The notes under the pieces are model-generated. The model made no database searches. It had not been told where the DNA came from and saw only the letters and a program-made list of their open reading frames with translations. The position numbers and the translations under genes are program-made. A stretch of 64,000 nt of DNA. It comes from Myxococcota bacterium. GTDB taxonomy: Bacteria > Myxococcota_A > Polyangia > Nannocystales > Nannocystaceae. Location of the stretch: NCBI GenBank assembly GCA_039028615.1, contig JBCCHT010000004.1:192001-256000 (forward strand). The letters are read 5' to 3'. Position 1 is the first letter of the stretch; every line of letters begins with the position of its first letter. Of the stretch, positions 1-8,367 are shown piece after piece.

Positions 1-1658
1 AGGCGGGGCGCCTGAGCGAGCCGGGCGGTCCGGGAGACGGAGCGGGGCTCGCCCCCTGCCCCGAGCATCCCGAAGGACTGGCCGCGATCTATCGCCGCAT
101 TCCCGTGTGGCCGCGGCGACTGATGATGCTGCAGCTCGCCGTCTTGTACTTCACGACCGGCATCCTCAAGCACGGCACGGTGTGGCAGCAGGGCGACGCG
201 ATCTACTACGCGCTCAACCTCGACCACTTCCACCGCGTGCCCATGCAGTGGCTGACCTCGATGCTCGGCACCACCGTGTTGCGGGCCATGACCTGGTTCG
301 TGCGCTTCGGCGAGATGGCCTTCGCCCTGGTGTTCGTGGGCGCGGTGCTGCGGTTCCAAGAACACGAAGAGCCCGCGTGGCCGCGGCCATGGGTACGAGC
401 GCTGCTGTGGCTCGGCGTGTTCACGACCGGCATCGGGCTGGTGGTCGCGGCCTGGCCTGCCCAAAGCCCCGCCCCCTCGATCTGGAGCTGGGTGTTCGTC
501 GCCGCGGCCGTGGTAGGGCTGCCGCTGACCTGTCGCCTCCTAGGACGCACCTTCATCGCGCACTGGCTCTTCGGGCGCCGCATCTGGCTGACCTGGGCCG
601 TGCTCACCATGGGCGGCATCTACCTGGTCATGAACATCGGCCAGTTTCAGACGATCATGCTGACCCTGTGCTTGGTGTACCTGCGGGGCGAAGAGGTCGC
701 CCGCGCGCAGGCCTGGCTACGCCGACGCGAGGCCACCACCCCGGCCGAAGACCCTGCCCTCCCCCACCTGCGTCGAGATGGCCAGGTCCTGCCCGGCTGG
801 GTGCTGTGGGGTGCGTGGCTCGGGGGCACCATCGCGGTCATCGCCCATGCACACCAGGGTCCCGGCGGGTGGATCATGCTGGTCGTCCTCGCCTTCATCC
901 TCGGCGTGACGTGGACCAAAGCCCGGGGCAAGGCGGGCCGTCGCCCCGCCGTGGCCCGCCCGTGGGCGTATGGCCCCTGGGGTCGCCTGCTCGTGAGCGC
1001 GGGCCTGCTGTGGCACATCTGCGCGGTGGGTCTCTGGCTGATGCCCAGCTACGACGCGCTGAAGTCGGCTCGCACGCCCGCCCGGGCCCTGGTGCGCCGC
1101 TGGCTCGTGACCACGCAGACCGACCAAGGCTGGGGCATGTTCGCGCCCAACCCTCCGCGTCACAATCGGTTCTTGCAGGTCTTGGTCACCGATGCCGACG
1201 GCGAGGTCTGGGATCTTCGCACCGACCTGTACGCGCCTGAGCGCCGCGAGTTCCCCTTCGTGTGGAACGACCGCTCGCGCAAGATGAAGCGCGTGCTCAT
1301 TCGCAAGAAGGGCAAGGGCAGCCGCTACCGCAAGTGGTACGCGCGCTACTACTGCCGGACGTGGGCGCTGGAGCACGAGGGTCGGGTTCCACGGCAGGTC
1401 CAGCTGGTGCACCACTGGTATCGCATTCCGAGCCCCGAGCAGACCCGAGACAAGGGCTGGTACGACCCCGCCGATCTCTTCGAGCGCTCGGGCAAGGCCA
1501 AGGTGTTGCACACCGAGCGCTGCCCGGCTGTGCCCCTCGGTCAGCCCACGCCGGAGATGCGACGGCGCCATGGTCTTCCCGAGGGCGACTTCAAGCCGTG
1601 GGTGCGTCGCAAGCGAGCCCGCTGGGAGGCACGCAAGCGGCGGGCGGACGACGGCTGA
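1..1658 (+). CDS. HTTM-domain membrane protein, 5'-truncated by the window edge
   Basis: Frame is open from position 3. Contains 'LQLAVLYFTTGILK...W..G.A', several TM segments, 'MNIGQF' and a C-terminal 'QGWGMFAPNP', as in HTTM / vitamin-K-carboxylase-like proteins. Confidence 0.75.
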   Translation, partial: AGRLSEPGGPGDGAGLAPCPEHPEGLAAIYRRIPVWPRRLMMLQLAVLYFTTGILKHGTVWQQGDAIYYALNLDHFHRVPMQWLTSMLGTTVLRAMTWFVRFGEMAFALVFVGAVLRFQEHEEPAWPRPWVRALLWLGVFTTGIGLVVAAWPAQSPAPSIWSWVFVAAAVVGLPLTCRLLGRTFIAHWLFGRRIWLTWAVLTMGGIYLVMNIGQFQTIMLTLCLVYLRGEEVARAQAWLRRREATTPAEDPALPHLRRDGQVLPGWVLWGAWLGGTIAVIAHAHQGPGGWIMLVVLAFILGVTWTKARGKAGRRPAVARPWAYGPWGRLLVSAGLLWHICAVGLWLMPSYDALKSARTPARALVRRWLVTTQTDQGWGMFAPNPPRHNRFLQVLVTDADGEVWDLRTDLYAPERREFPFVWNDRSRKMKRVLIRKKGKGSRYRKWYARYYCRTWALEHEGRVPRQVQLVHHWYRIPSPEQTRDKGWYDPADLFERSGKAKVLHTERCPAVPLGQPTPEMRRRHGLPEGDFKPWVRRKRARWEARKRRADDG

Positions 1659-1664
1659 GCCCGC

Positions 1665-3002
1665 CTACCCGACGGGCATCGCGACCTCGGGACCGACTTC
1701 GTAGAAGCTCCCGGGGTCGTCTTGATTGTTGTACTCGGTCGCGATCCAGTCGCCCGACAGGACCTGCTTGCTGATGCGCATCTCGTCCCGCGGCCCTCCG
1801 ATGATGTAGTCGTCGGCGTAGGGCAAGCGCAGCGGATTGTCGTCGACGGTGTCGAGCGGCGTCGTGAGTTGGGCGTCTTGGATGAGCTGACCGTTGGCGT
1901 AGATCCGCAGGCTCAGATCGCCATCGTAGACCGCCGCGTAGTGCACCCACTCGTCGAAGCCGGAGCCGCCCTCCGAGATCGACCAGTTGGCGTTCTGGCT
2001 CCATTCCCCGCCCACGCTGAAGCTCACCGCATCGGAGCCCCGGGTGATGCCGTAGCCCGTGTACAGGCAGCAACCCCCCCCGAGCCGGCCGATGCCGAAG
2101 ATGCCCCCCCACGTCGTCGCCTCGTAGTGCTGGATGTTGGCCCACACGCTGAAGGTTCGCGCGGCGTCGCTGTGAATGCCCAGGTCGCTGGCGTAGGGCC
2201 CCTCGATGCGATCGTCGATCCCATCCAGCATCAAGGACCGGCCCAGCTTGCCCTCCACGGCCTGCGGCTCCCCCAGTAACGAGCCGTCGAAGCCGTTGAT
2301 GGTGCTGTCGGTGGTCAGCCCGGCATCGTCGGAGCCCATGTGCCACACGAGCTCGTAGTCCGCTCCCCAGACCCCGATCTCGTCGCCGTAGAGGCCACAG
2401 GGCAAGCCGTAGTGCAGGCTGATGACCGTGTCCTCCGTCGCGGCCAACGACGGGATCCGGACCCACGCCGCGAGCTTCGCCTCGGTCTCCGTGTGGTCGC
2501 GCTCGAACTGCTCCAGCTCGAAGTCCAAGGGGGTCGCCCCCTGGAAGAACGCGATATCGCAGCCGCTTTCGGTCGCACGGTCGTGCAGGTCGGCATCGAC
2601 GAGCGAGACGAACACGGGAAAATCGGTCAGGGCTTCCGTGCCGCTGACCTGCGCCCCCGCGATGCGAATGGTCTTGGAGTAGCTCGGCTCGGTCTCGTCC
2701 TCTGCCCCGGTCTCGCTGCCTCCGTCGCTGCTGCCCTCGTCTGCGCCCTCGCTGCCTTCGCTGCTCTCGCCGCCTTCGCTGCTCTCCTCGCCGACAGCCC
2801 CGCTGTGGCCTCCCGTGTCGCTACCGCTGGCGCCGTCGTCATCGTCCGCGACGCTCGTCGACCCGGTGCCGCTCATCAGCGCGGTCCCTTGATCGCTCTC
2901 GTCGATGGGCTCGCCCACCGAGCACCCGAGCGTCGAGATCGAGACGGTTCCGAGCAGCAAGGAGGAGGCAGTGACGATGAGGCGAGACGCTGATGGGGGC
3001 AT
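1665..3002 (-). CDS. Lipoprotein with DUF2341 and LamG/concanavalin-A-like domains
   Basis: Lipobox LGC and acidic Ser/Gly linker. 'DFPVFVSL...DIAF...LDFELE...AWVRIP' is DUF2341-like; 'WVHYAAVYDG..LRIYANG...DEMRIS' is LamG-like. Confidence 0.75.
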   Translation of the reverse strand: MPPSASRLIVTASSLLLGTVSISTLGCSVGEPIDESDQGTALMSGTGSTSVADDDDGASGSDTGGHSGAVGEESSEGGESSEGSEGADEGSSDGGSETGAEDETEPSYSKTIRIAGAQVSGTEALTDFPVFVSLVDADLHDRATESGCDIAFFQGATPLDFELEQFERDHTETEAKLAAWVRIPSLAATEDTVISLHYGLPCGLYGDEIGVWGADYELVWHMGSDDAGLTTDSTINGFDGSLLGEPQAVEGKLGRSLMLDGIDDRIEGPYASDLGIHSDAARTFSVWANIQHYEATTWGGIFGIGRLGGGCCLYTGYGITRGSDAVSFSVGGEWSQNANWSISEGGSGFDEWVHYAAVYDGDLSLRIYANGQLIQDAQLTTPLDTVDDNPLRLPYADDYIIGGPRDEMRISKQVLSGDWIATEYNNQDDPGSFYEVGPEVAMPVG

Positions 3003-3107
3003 GGGGCTCCTCCATCAGTCACCGGCCTCCGAATTATCTGTTCACCGCGGCCTCAAAAAAACAGTGCCAATGCACGGTCCGCACGCCGTCGCTCGAAAAC
3101 GGGGTTT

Positions 3108-3968
3108 CTACGGCACCTCGGGACACTCCGCGAGGCCCTCGTCGAAGCCGTTGCCGTAGCCATCGTCGTAACCCGTCGACAGCCCGGTCTCGTAGCCCTC
3201 GTCGAAGCCCGCGACGTAGCTGTCGTCGTAGACCTCGTCGTAGCACAGGTAGAACGACACCTCGTAGCCTTCGATGTAGCCACTGTCGTAGCCGTCGAAG
3301 TACCCGTCGTCGTAGCCGTCGATGCGGCCATGGGCGACCCCTTCGTAGTAGGCCAGGTCATAGGCCTCCACGTAGCCCGCCTGGTAATCGGCATTGTCGG
3401 CCTTGCCCGCGCTGACCCCTTGCCCGTAGGCGAGACGGTTGAGCGCACGCCGATAGCCGCGTGCCCGGCAGGTCTCGATGTCGTCCGGGTCGGCCTCCCG
3501 CTTGGCGCTGCGGTAGCAGCTGTTGGTCCCATCGACGTAGCCCGACTCGTAGCCCTCGTCGTAGGCGACGTCGTAGCCTTCGTCGTAGCCGCTCGCCGAG
3601 CCGTAGTCGTAGCCATCGGCCTGGCCTGCGCTGGTGCCTTCGCTACACGCGTTGGTGTCGAGCAAGCCGACGGTGTGGCCTGCGGCATAGCCGGCGTCGA
3701 CCCCCGCGGGGTAACCGTGGGGTCCGTGGTAGCCGTTGGAGTGACCATCGCGATAGCCGTCGGCGTCACCTTCGAACTGTCCGTCCGCGAAGGTGAAGGT
3801 CTGGCCGTGGTCGTAGCCCGACGCAAACTCGCGATCGTTGACCTCGCGCGCGGTGGCCTGCCCCTCACGATAGGAGGCCTCGAGCTCGCCGTCGTCGAAG
3901 CAGTCGACGCACCCGTGCAGTAGCGCCAGCGCGAAGCACAACAGCGTACGGCCCAGTCCAATCCCCAT
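3108..3968 (-). CDS. Hypothetical lipoprotein with Gly-Tyr (GYxxGY) repeats
   Basis: Signal peptide ending LHGC, then acidic GYDDGY/GYDEGY period-4 repeats over most of the length. Confidence 0.7.
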   Translation of the reverse strand: MGIGLGRTLLCFALALLHGCVDCFDDGELEASYREGQATAREVNDREFASGYDHGQTFTFADGQFEGDADGYRDGHSNGYHGPHGYPAGVDAGYAAGHTVGLLDTNACSEGTSAGQADGYDYGSASGYDEGYDVAYDEGYESGYVDGTNSCYRSAKREADPDDIETCRARGYRRALNRLAYGQGVSAGKADNADYQAGYVEAYDLAYYEGVAHGRIDGYDDGYFDGYDSGYIEGYEVSFYLCYDEVYDDSYVAGFDEGYETGLSTGYDDGYGNGFDEGLAECPEVP

Positions 3969-3989
3969 GTCTTCAACCTAGCAACGCGT

Positions 3990-4007
3990 ACGGATTCGTA
4001 AATCCGT
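3990..4007. promoter_or_regulatory. Perfect inverted repeat ACGGATT-N4-AATCCGT, candidate operator
   Basis: 7-bp arms in the divergent intergenic region, about 20 bp upstream of the start at 3968. Confidence 0.35.
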
Positions 4008-4302
4008 GGGCCCCCGGGTCCGATGCGGATTTCTACCGGGGGATCACCCCCGAGGGGACCGCCGCTCGATGCCGACAGGGGGAGTTTCCCCCCGGTGAAG
4101 CCACGATCGCGCAGCCCGAAGCGCGCTCGGGAGCGACCGCCTCGGCTCGAGCCATCGTGGAGCCACGACCCGATTGCCATCGTGACACGGCCGTGAGCTC
4201 GTCGATGACGCGACGACGGCCGAGCGGTACCGCTTCGTGCCCCAAGTGGGCGACAGCAAAGGACAATGCGGCGATGGCCAGCGCTTTGCTCTTTCGACCG
4301 GC

Positions 4303-5292
4303 ATGGAGTGGTTGCTGCGACGAAACTTCTGGATGGTCAAGATGTTCGGCCTCTTGATCGTGACCGCGCTCCTGGCGAATACGGCCACCACTCTGTTCGC
4401 GCTGTACGTCGTGTCGGGCCGATCCGAGCTGCCGCCTGGAGATCTCGAAACCGACGAAGAACCCCCCGTGCTCGCACGTGGAGCCTCGAACCTCGACCGA
4501 CGAGGGAGGCAGACCCAGCGCAGCGCGGAGACGATCCTGGGCTACAACTCGTTCTGCCCCACGTGCAGGCCCGAGCAGGCGCTGGGCGACCCTCCACCGC
4601 CCGGCGGTCCCACCGGTCCCACCGGCCCCGACGATCTGTCGGGCGCCCAACGCAGCACGCTGCCCTTGGTCGTGGCCGCGACCATGGAATCCGACGACCC
4701 CTCGCTGTCGATGGCCACCCTGGTCGACGTTCAGCGCGGCACGGGCGGGCTCTTCGGCATCGGCGACATGCTCGATGGCACGGTGGAAGTCGTGGGTGTG
4801 ACCTCGGGCATGGTGCACATCCGCAACGGCGGCCGGCTCGAGTACATCCCCTTTGGCGCGCCTCCGCCCACGCCGGTCGCCAAAGACCCCGCGGCTCCCC
4901 CTCCAAAGCGTAAGCGCGAGCCGAAGAGTTCGTCGCTCCCCGGCGCCGAAGAGGCGATTCAGTGCAACGCCAAGGGCAACTGCGTGGTGGATCGGGCCTT
5001 CGTCGAGTCGCTCATCGCCAACCCGCAGCAGCTGGTGACCCAGGCCGCCGCCAGCCCGGCCACCACGGGCGACGGGTCCCCCGGCTTCAAGCTACGCCGC
5101 GTCCGAAGAGGCTCGCTCCCTCACCTGCTGGGGCTGCGCAACGGCGACGTCATCACCGAGGTCGGGGGCACCCCGCTGACCCTCGATGCGCTGGCCGGGC
5201 TCTTCGGCAAGCTCCGGCATGCCTCCCACATCGAGGTGATGGTCGACCGTCGCGGGAAGACCATGGCGCGCTCGCTGGAGATCCGCTCGTAG
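4303..5292 (+). CDS. Type II secretion GspC-like protein (TM, HR-like domain, PDZ)
   Basis: N-terminal TM, 'LPLVVAATM...SMATL', Pro-rich linker and PDZ 'LGLRNGDVITEVGG...VDRRGK'. Start placed at ATG 4303. Confidence 0.7.
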   Translation: MEWLLRRNFWMVKMFGLLIVTALLANTATTLFALYVVSGRSELPPGDLETDEEPPVLARGASNLDRRGRQTQRSAETILGYNSFCPTCRPEQALGDPPPPGGPTGPTGPDDLSGAQRSTLPLVVAATMESDDPSLSMATLVDVQRGTGGLFGIGDMLDGTVEVVGVTSGMVHIRNGGRLEYIPFGAPPPTPVAKDPAAPPPKRKREPKSSSLPGAEEAIQCNAKGNCVVDRAFVESLIANPQQLVTQAAASPATTGDGSPGFKLRRVRRGSLPHLLGLRNGDVITEVGGTPLTLDALAGLFGKLRHASHIEVMVDRRGKTMARSLEIRS

Positions 5293-5313
5293 CGAACCTC
5301 CAGCACCACGGCC

Positions 5314-7578
5314 TCAGTAGCGGTCCGCGTCGATGGCCCGCACGCCGGTCTTGCCGAGGGCGAGCACGATCTGATCGAGCATGCCGAAGCGCGGGTCCTT
5401 GGTGTAGCCCTTCTTCCAGCGGTAGTAGATCTGCTGCACGATGCCCGCGATCTTGACCAGCGCGAAGCAGTAGTAAAACAGCATGTTCGAGACGTCGCGC
5501 CCCGTCTTCTCCGCGTAGCGCTCGGCGAGCTCGAGGCGGGTCATCGCCCCCTTGGAGTTGGTGGGCCCGAACGCCATGGCCTGCCAGCGCGGATCGTCGT
5601 CCCGCTGCACCCAGTAGCCCAGCGTCGTGCCCAGGTCCATGAGCGGGTCGCCGACGGTGCACATCTCCCAGTCGAGCACCGCGACCACGCGGGTCAGGTC
5701 CTCGGGGTCGAGCATGACGTTGTCGAACTTGTAGTCGTTGTGCACCAGCGTGGGCGTGCCGTCCTCGGGGATGCGCTCGAGCAGCCAGGCGCCGATCCGA
5801 TCGATGTCGGGGACTTCGCTGGTCTTGGCCTTCTCGAAGCGAGCGAGCCACCCCTCGACCTGACGTCGAGCATAGCCCTCGGGGCGCCCGAAGTCGGCCA
5901 GGCCCGCCGCCTCGAGGTCGACCCCGTGCAGGGCCGCCAGCTCGTCGACCAACGACTCGCACATGCGCTTCAGCAGCGGTGGGTTGACCCCCAGGGCCTT
6001 GGGCACCGTCTTGCGCAGGATGATGCCCCGACGCCGCTCCATGACGTAAAACGGCGCGCCGAGGACCCCTTCGTCCTCGCACGAGGCCAGGGGCCGGGGC
6101 GCGGGCGGGTACACCCCCTGGAGCGCCGACAAGACCCGGTACTCGCGGCTCATGTCGTGGCCGGACTTCACCTGCACGTTGAAGGGCGGGCGACGCAGGA
6201 CCAGCTCGGTGCTGCCCTTCTTCAGCAGGTAGGTCAGGTTGGAGTACCCGCTGGGGAACTGCTCGACGCTCAGGTCCCCCGACAGCTCGGGTGCGGTCTT
6301 CTTCAGGTAGCCATCGAGAGCGCCCAGGTCGAGTTCCTCGCCCTTGCGCACCGCCTTGGTGCCATCGAGGTAGTCCGACGCTCCGCTGCGGCGGTAGCGA
6401 CGGAGGATTCGCTTGGCGACGACCGTCTTGTGGACCTCGTCGGGACCGTCGTAGATGCGAGCGCCTCGCTCGTGGCGATAGATCCACGACAGGATGGTGT
6501 CCTCGGTGATCCCCAGCGCGCCGTGGCACTGGATCGCTCGGTCGACGACCCGCATGAGCACGCCCGCCGCGTGGAACTTGATGAGCGAGATGGCCTCACG
6601 GGCGGCCTTGACCCCGACGTTGTCGATCTGCCAGGCCGCGTGCAGCACGAGCAGGCGGGTGGCGTCGATCTCCGCCCGACACTCGGCGATCCAGTGCTGG
6701 ATGGTCTGCGTGTCGCCCAGGCGCTGCTCGGGGGAGAGCTTGCGCGTGACCGCCCGCTCCGCCATGGCATCGAAGGCCCGCTCGCACAGCCCCATCCAGC
6801 GCATGCAGTGATGAATGCGGCCCGGTCCCAGGCGCGCCTGCGCCAACGCGAAGCCCATGCCCGCGCCGCCCAGCAGGCTACCGGCGGGCACGCGTACGTT
6901 GTCGAAGCGGACCTCGGCGTGGCTCATCCACCCCTCGCCCGCCTCGCCCATCACTGGGATGTTGCGGACGATCTGGAAGCCCGGGGTGTCGGTGGGCACG
7001 ATGATCATGCTCGCGCGCTGGTGCGCGGGCGCGTCGGCCTCGGTCACCGCCATCACGATGCAGAACGCGGCCCCGTCGGCGGCGGTGGTGAACCACTTGT
7101 GCCCGTTGACGACCCACTCGTCGCCGTCCCGCCGCGCGTTGGTACCGAGCCACACAGGGTTGCTGCCCGCGTGCTCGGGCTCGGTCATGCCGAAGCAGCT
7201 GCGAATCTCACCCGCGAGCAAGGGCTCGAGCCAGCGCTCGCGCTGCTCGGCGGTGCCGAACTCGATGAGCAGCTCCATGTTGCCCGCGTCGGGGGCCTGG
7301 CAGTTGAGCGCGTAGTGACCCAGCGGCGAGCGCCCCAGCACCTCGCTGACCTGCCCGTGCTCCTGCACGGTGAGGCCCATGCCGCCGTGTTCCTCGGCGA
7401 TCTGCGGCAGCCACAGGCCCTGGGCGCGGGCCTTGGCCCGGACCTTCTGCAGCCGCTCTTGCACGGCGTTGAAGCCGTCGTCTCGAGCCGAGGCCTCGAG
7501 CGGGACGACCTCTTCGTCGACGAAGCGACGGAGCTTGGCGAGCAGGGTGGCCAGAGAGTCGGAGATTGCGAAGTCCAT
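5314..7578 (-). CDS. Fusion of acyl-CoA dehydrogenase (N-term) and APH-family phosphotransferase (C-term)
   Basis: ACAD motifs 'NCQAPDAGNME', 'FGMTEP', 'NGHKWF', 'RLGPGRIHHCMR', 'RIYDGPDEVH'. Kinase motifs 'QFPSGYSNLTY', 'LVLRRPP', 'HNDYKFDN', 'LDWE'. ATG overlaps the upstream stop (TAATG). Confidence 0.9.
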   Translation of the reverse strand: MDFAISDSLATLLAKLRRFVDEEVVPLEASARDDGFNAVQERLQKVRAKARAQGLWLPQIAEEHGGMGLTVQEHGQVSEVLGRSPLGHYALNCQAPDAGNMELLIEFGTAEQRERWLEPLLAGEIRSCFGMTEPEHAGSNPVWLGTNARRDGDEWVVNGHKWFTTAADGAAFCIVMAVTEADAPAHQRASMIIVPTDTPGFQIVRNIPVMGEAGEGWMSHAEVRFDNVRVPAGSLLGGAGMGFALAQARLGPGRIHHCMRWMGLCERAFDAMAERAVTRKLSPEQRLGDTQTIQHWIAECRAEIDATRLLVLHAAWQIDNVGVKAAREAISLIKFHAAGVLMRVVDRAIQCHGALGITEDTILSWIYRHERGARIYDGPDEVHKTVVAKRILRRYRRSGASDYLDGTKAVRKGEELDLGALDGYLKKTAPELSGDLSVEQFPSGYSNLTYLLKKGSTELVLRRPPFNVQVKSGHDMSREYRVLSALQGVYPPAPRPLASCEDEGVLGAPFYVMERRRGIILRKTVPKALGVNPPLLKRMCESLVDELAALHGVDLEAAGLADFGRPEGYARRQVEGWLARFEKAKTSEVPDIDRIGAWLLERIPEDGTPTLVHNDYKFDNVMLDPEDLTRVVAVLDWEMCTVGDPLMDLGTTLGYWVQRDDDPRWQAMAFGPTNSKGAMTRLELAERYAEKTGRDVSNMLFYYCFALVKIAGIVQQIYYRWKKGYTKDPRFGMLDQIVLALGKTGVRAIDADRY

Positions 7579-8297
7579 TAGCGAAACGTCCACGCCCGGG
7601 GATCGGGCAGGTGAGGGAGCGCGTTGAAGCCGTCGAGGGTGACTCGCCCCTGACGATCGAAGACGAGGGTGGTGAGCGAGGCGTTGCGAATGCGCCACGC
7701 GGTACGAAAGCTGGTGGCGTCGTCGGTCTCGAGCGCGCGCTGCAACAGGACCGCCAGCGGCCCGACCGAAGAAAACGCGATCGCCCGCGAGCCGGAGCCC
7801 ATCTGCGCCTGCATGGTGTCCAGCGCCTGGAGCACGCGGCTTTTGAACTGCGGCCAGGACTCGACACCCTCGACGCTCAGCTCGCCCGCGAGCCAGCGGA
7901 GCATGATGACCTCGAACAGGCGCTGGAAGTTCTGCGATCGGGCGGCCGGAGTCTGCGCCTCGAGCAAGCCCTTTTGGCGCGCGGCGATCTCGGGGTCGTC
8001 CGCCAGCATGCTCACCGCCCCGCGCACGAGTGAGAACGCATCGTGCTCGTCGAGGGTCGGCACCGAGACCGCCTCGGGCCAGTCCTTGCCCGCCGCGACC
8101 ATCGCCTCGCCCGCCAGCCCGGCCGTGTCCCGGTGGCGGCGGGCGGGGCCGACGAACACGGTGTCGAACGCGATGCCCTGCGCCGCGAGGTGCTCACCGA
8201 GGGCCGTGGCCTGCGCTCGCCCCTTGTCGGACAGCTCGTCGTAGTCGGCCTTGTGGATCGAAGCCTGACCGTGACGAACGACGACGAGACGCGGCAT
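7578..8297 (-). CDS. Histidine phosphatase (phosphoglycerate mutase) family protein
   Basis: N-terminal 'VRHGQAS...YDELS..G..QA' and C-terminal 'FNALPHL'. Confidence 0.88.
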   Translation of the reverse strand: MPRLVVVRHGQASIHKADYDELSDKGRAQATALGEHLAAQGIAFDTVFVGPARRHRDTAGLAGEAMVAAGKDWPEAVSVPTLDEHDAFSLVRGAVSMLADDPEIAARQKGLLEAQTPAARSQNFQRLFEVIMLRWLAGELSVEGVESWPQFKSRVLQALDTMQAQMGSGSRAIAFSSVGPLAVLLQRALETDDATSFRTAWRIRNASLTTLVFDRQGRVTLDGFNALPHLPDPRAWTFR

Positions 8298-8367
8298 GCC
8301 CGGCGCTTATACCAACCCCCGGCCACACACGGCGACCAGGGGTAGGATCGCGCCTCGCTCGTGCCGA

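Noticed and set aside
3050..3071. Sigma54 promoter on the minus strand (TTGGCAC...)
   Set aside because: There is no GC at the -12 position (it reads TT). It could instead be a weak terminator, but the stem is only 4 bp.
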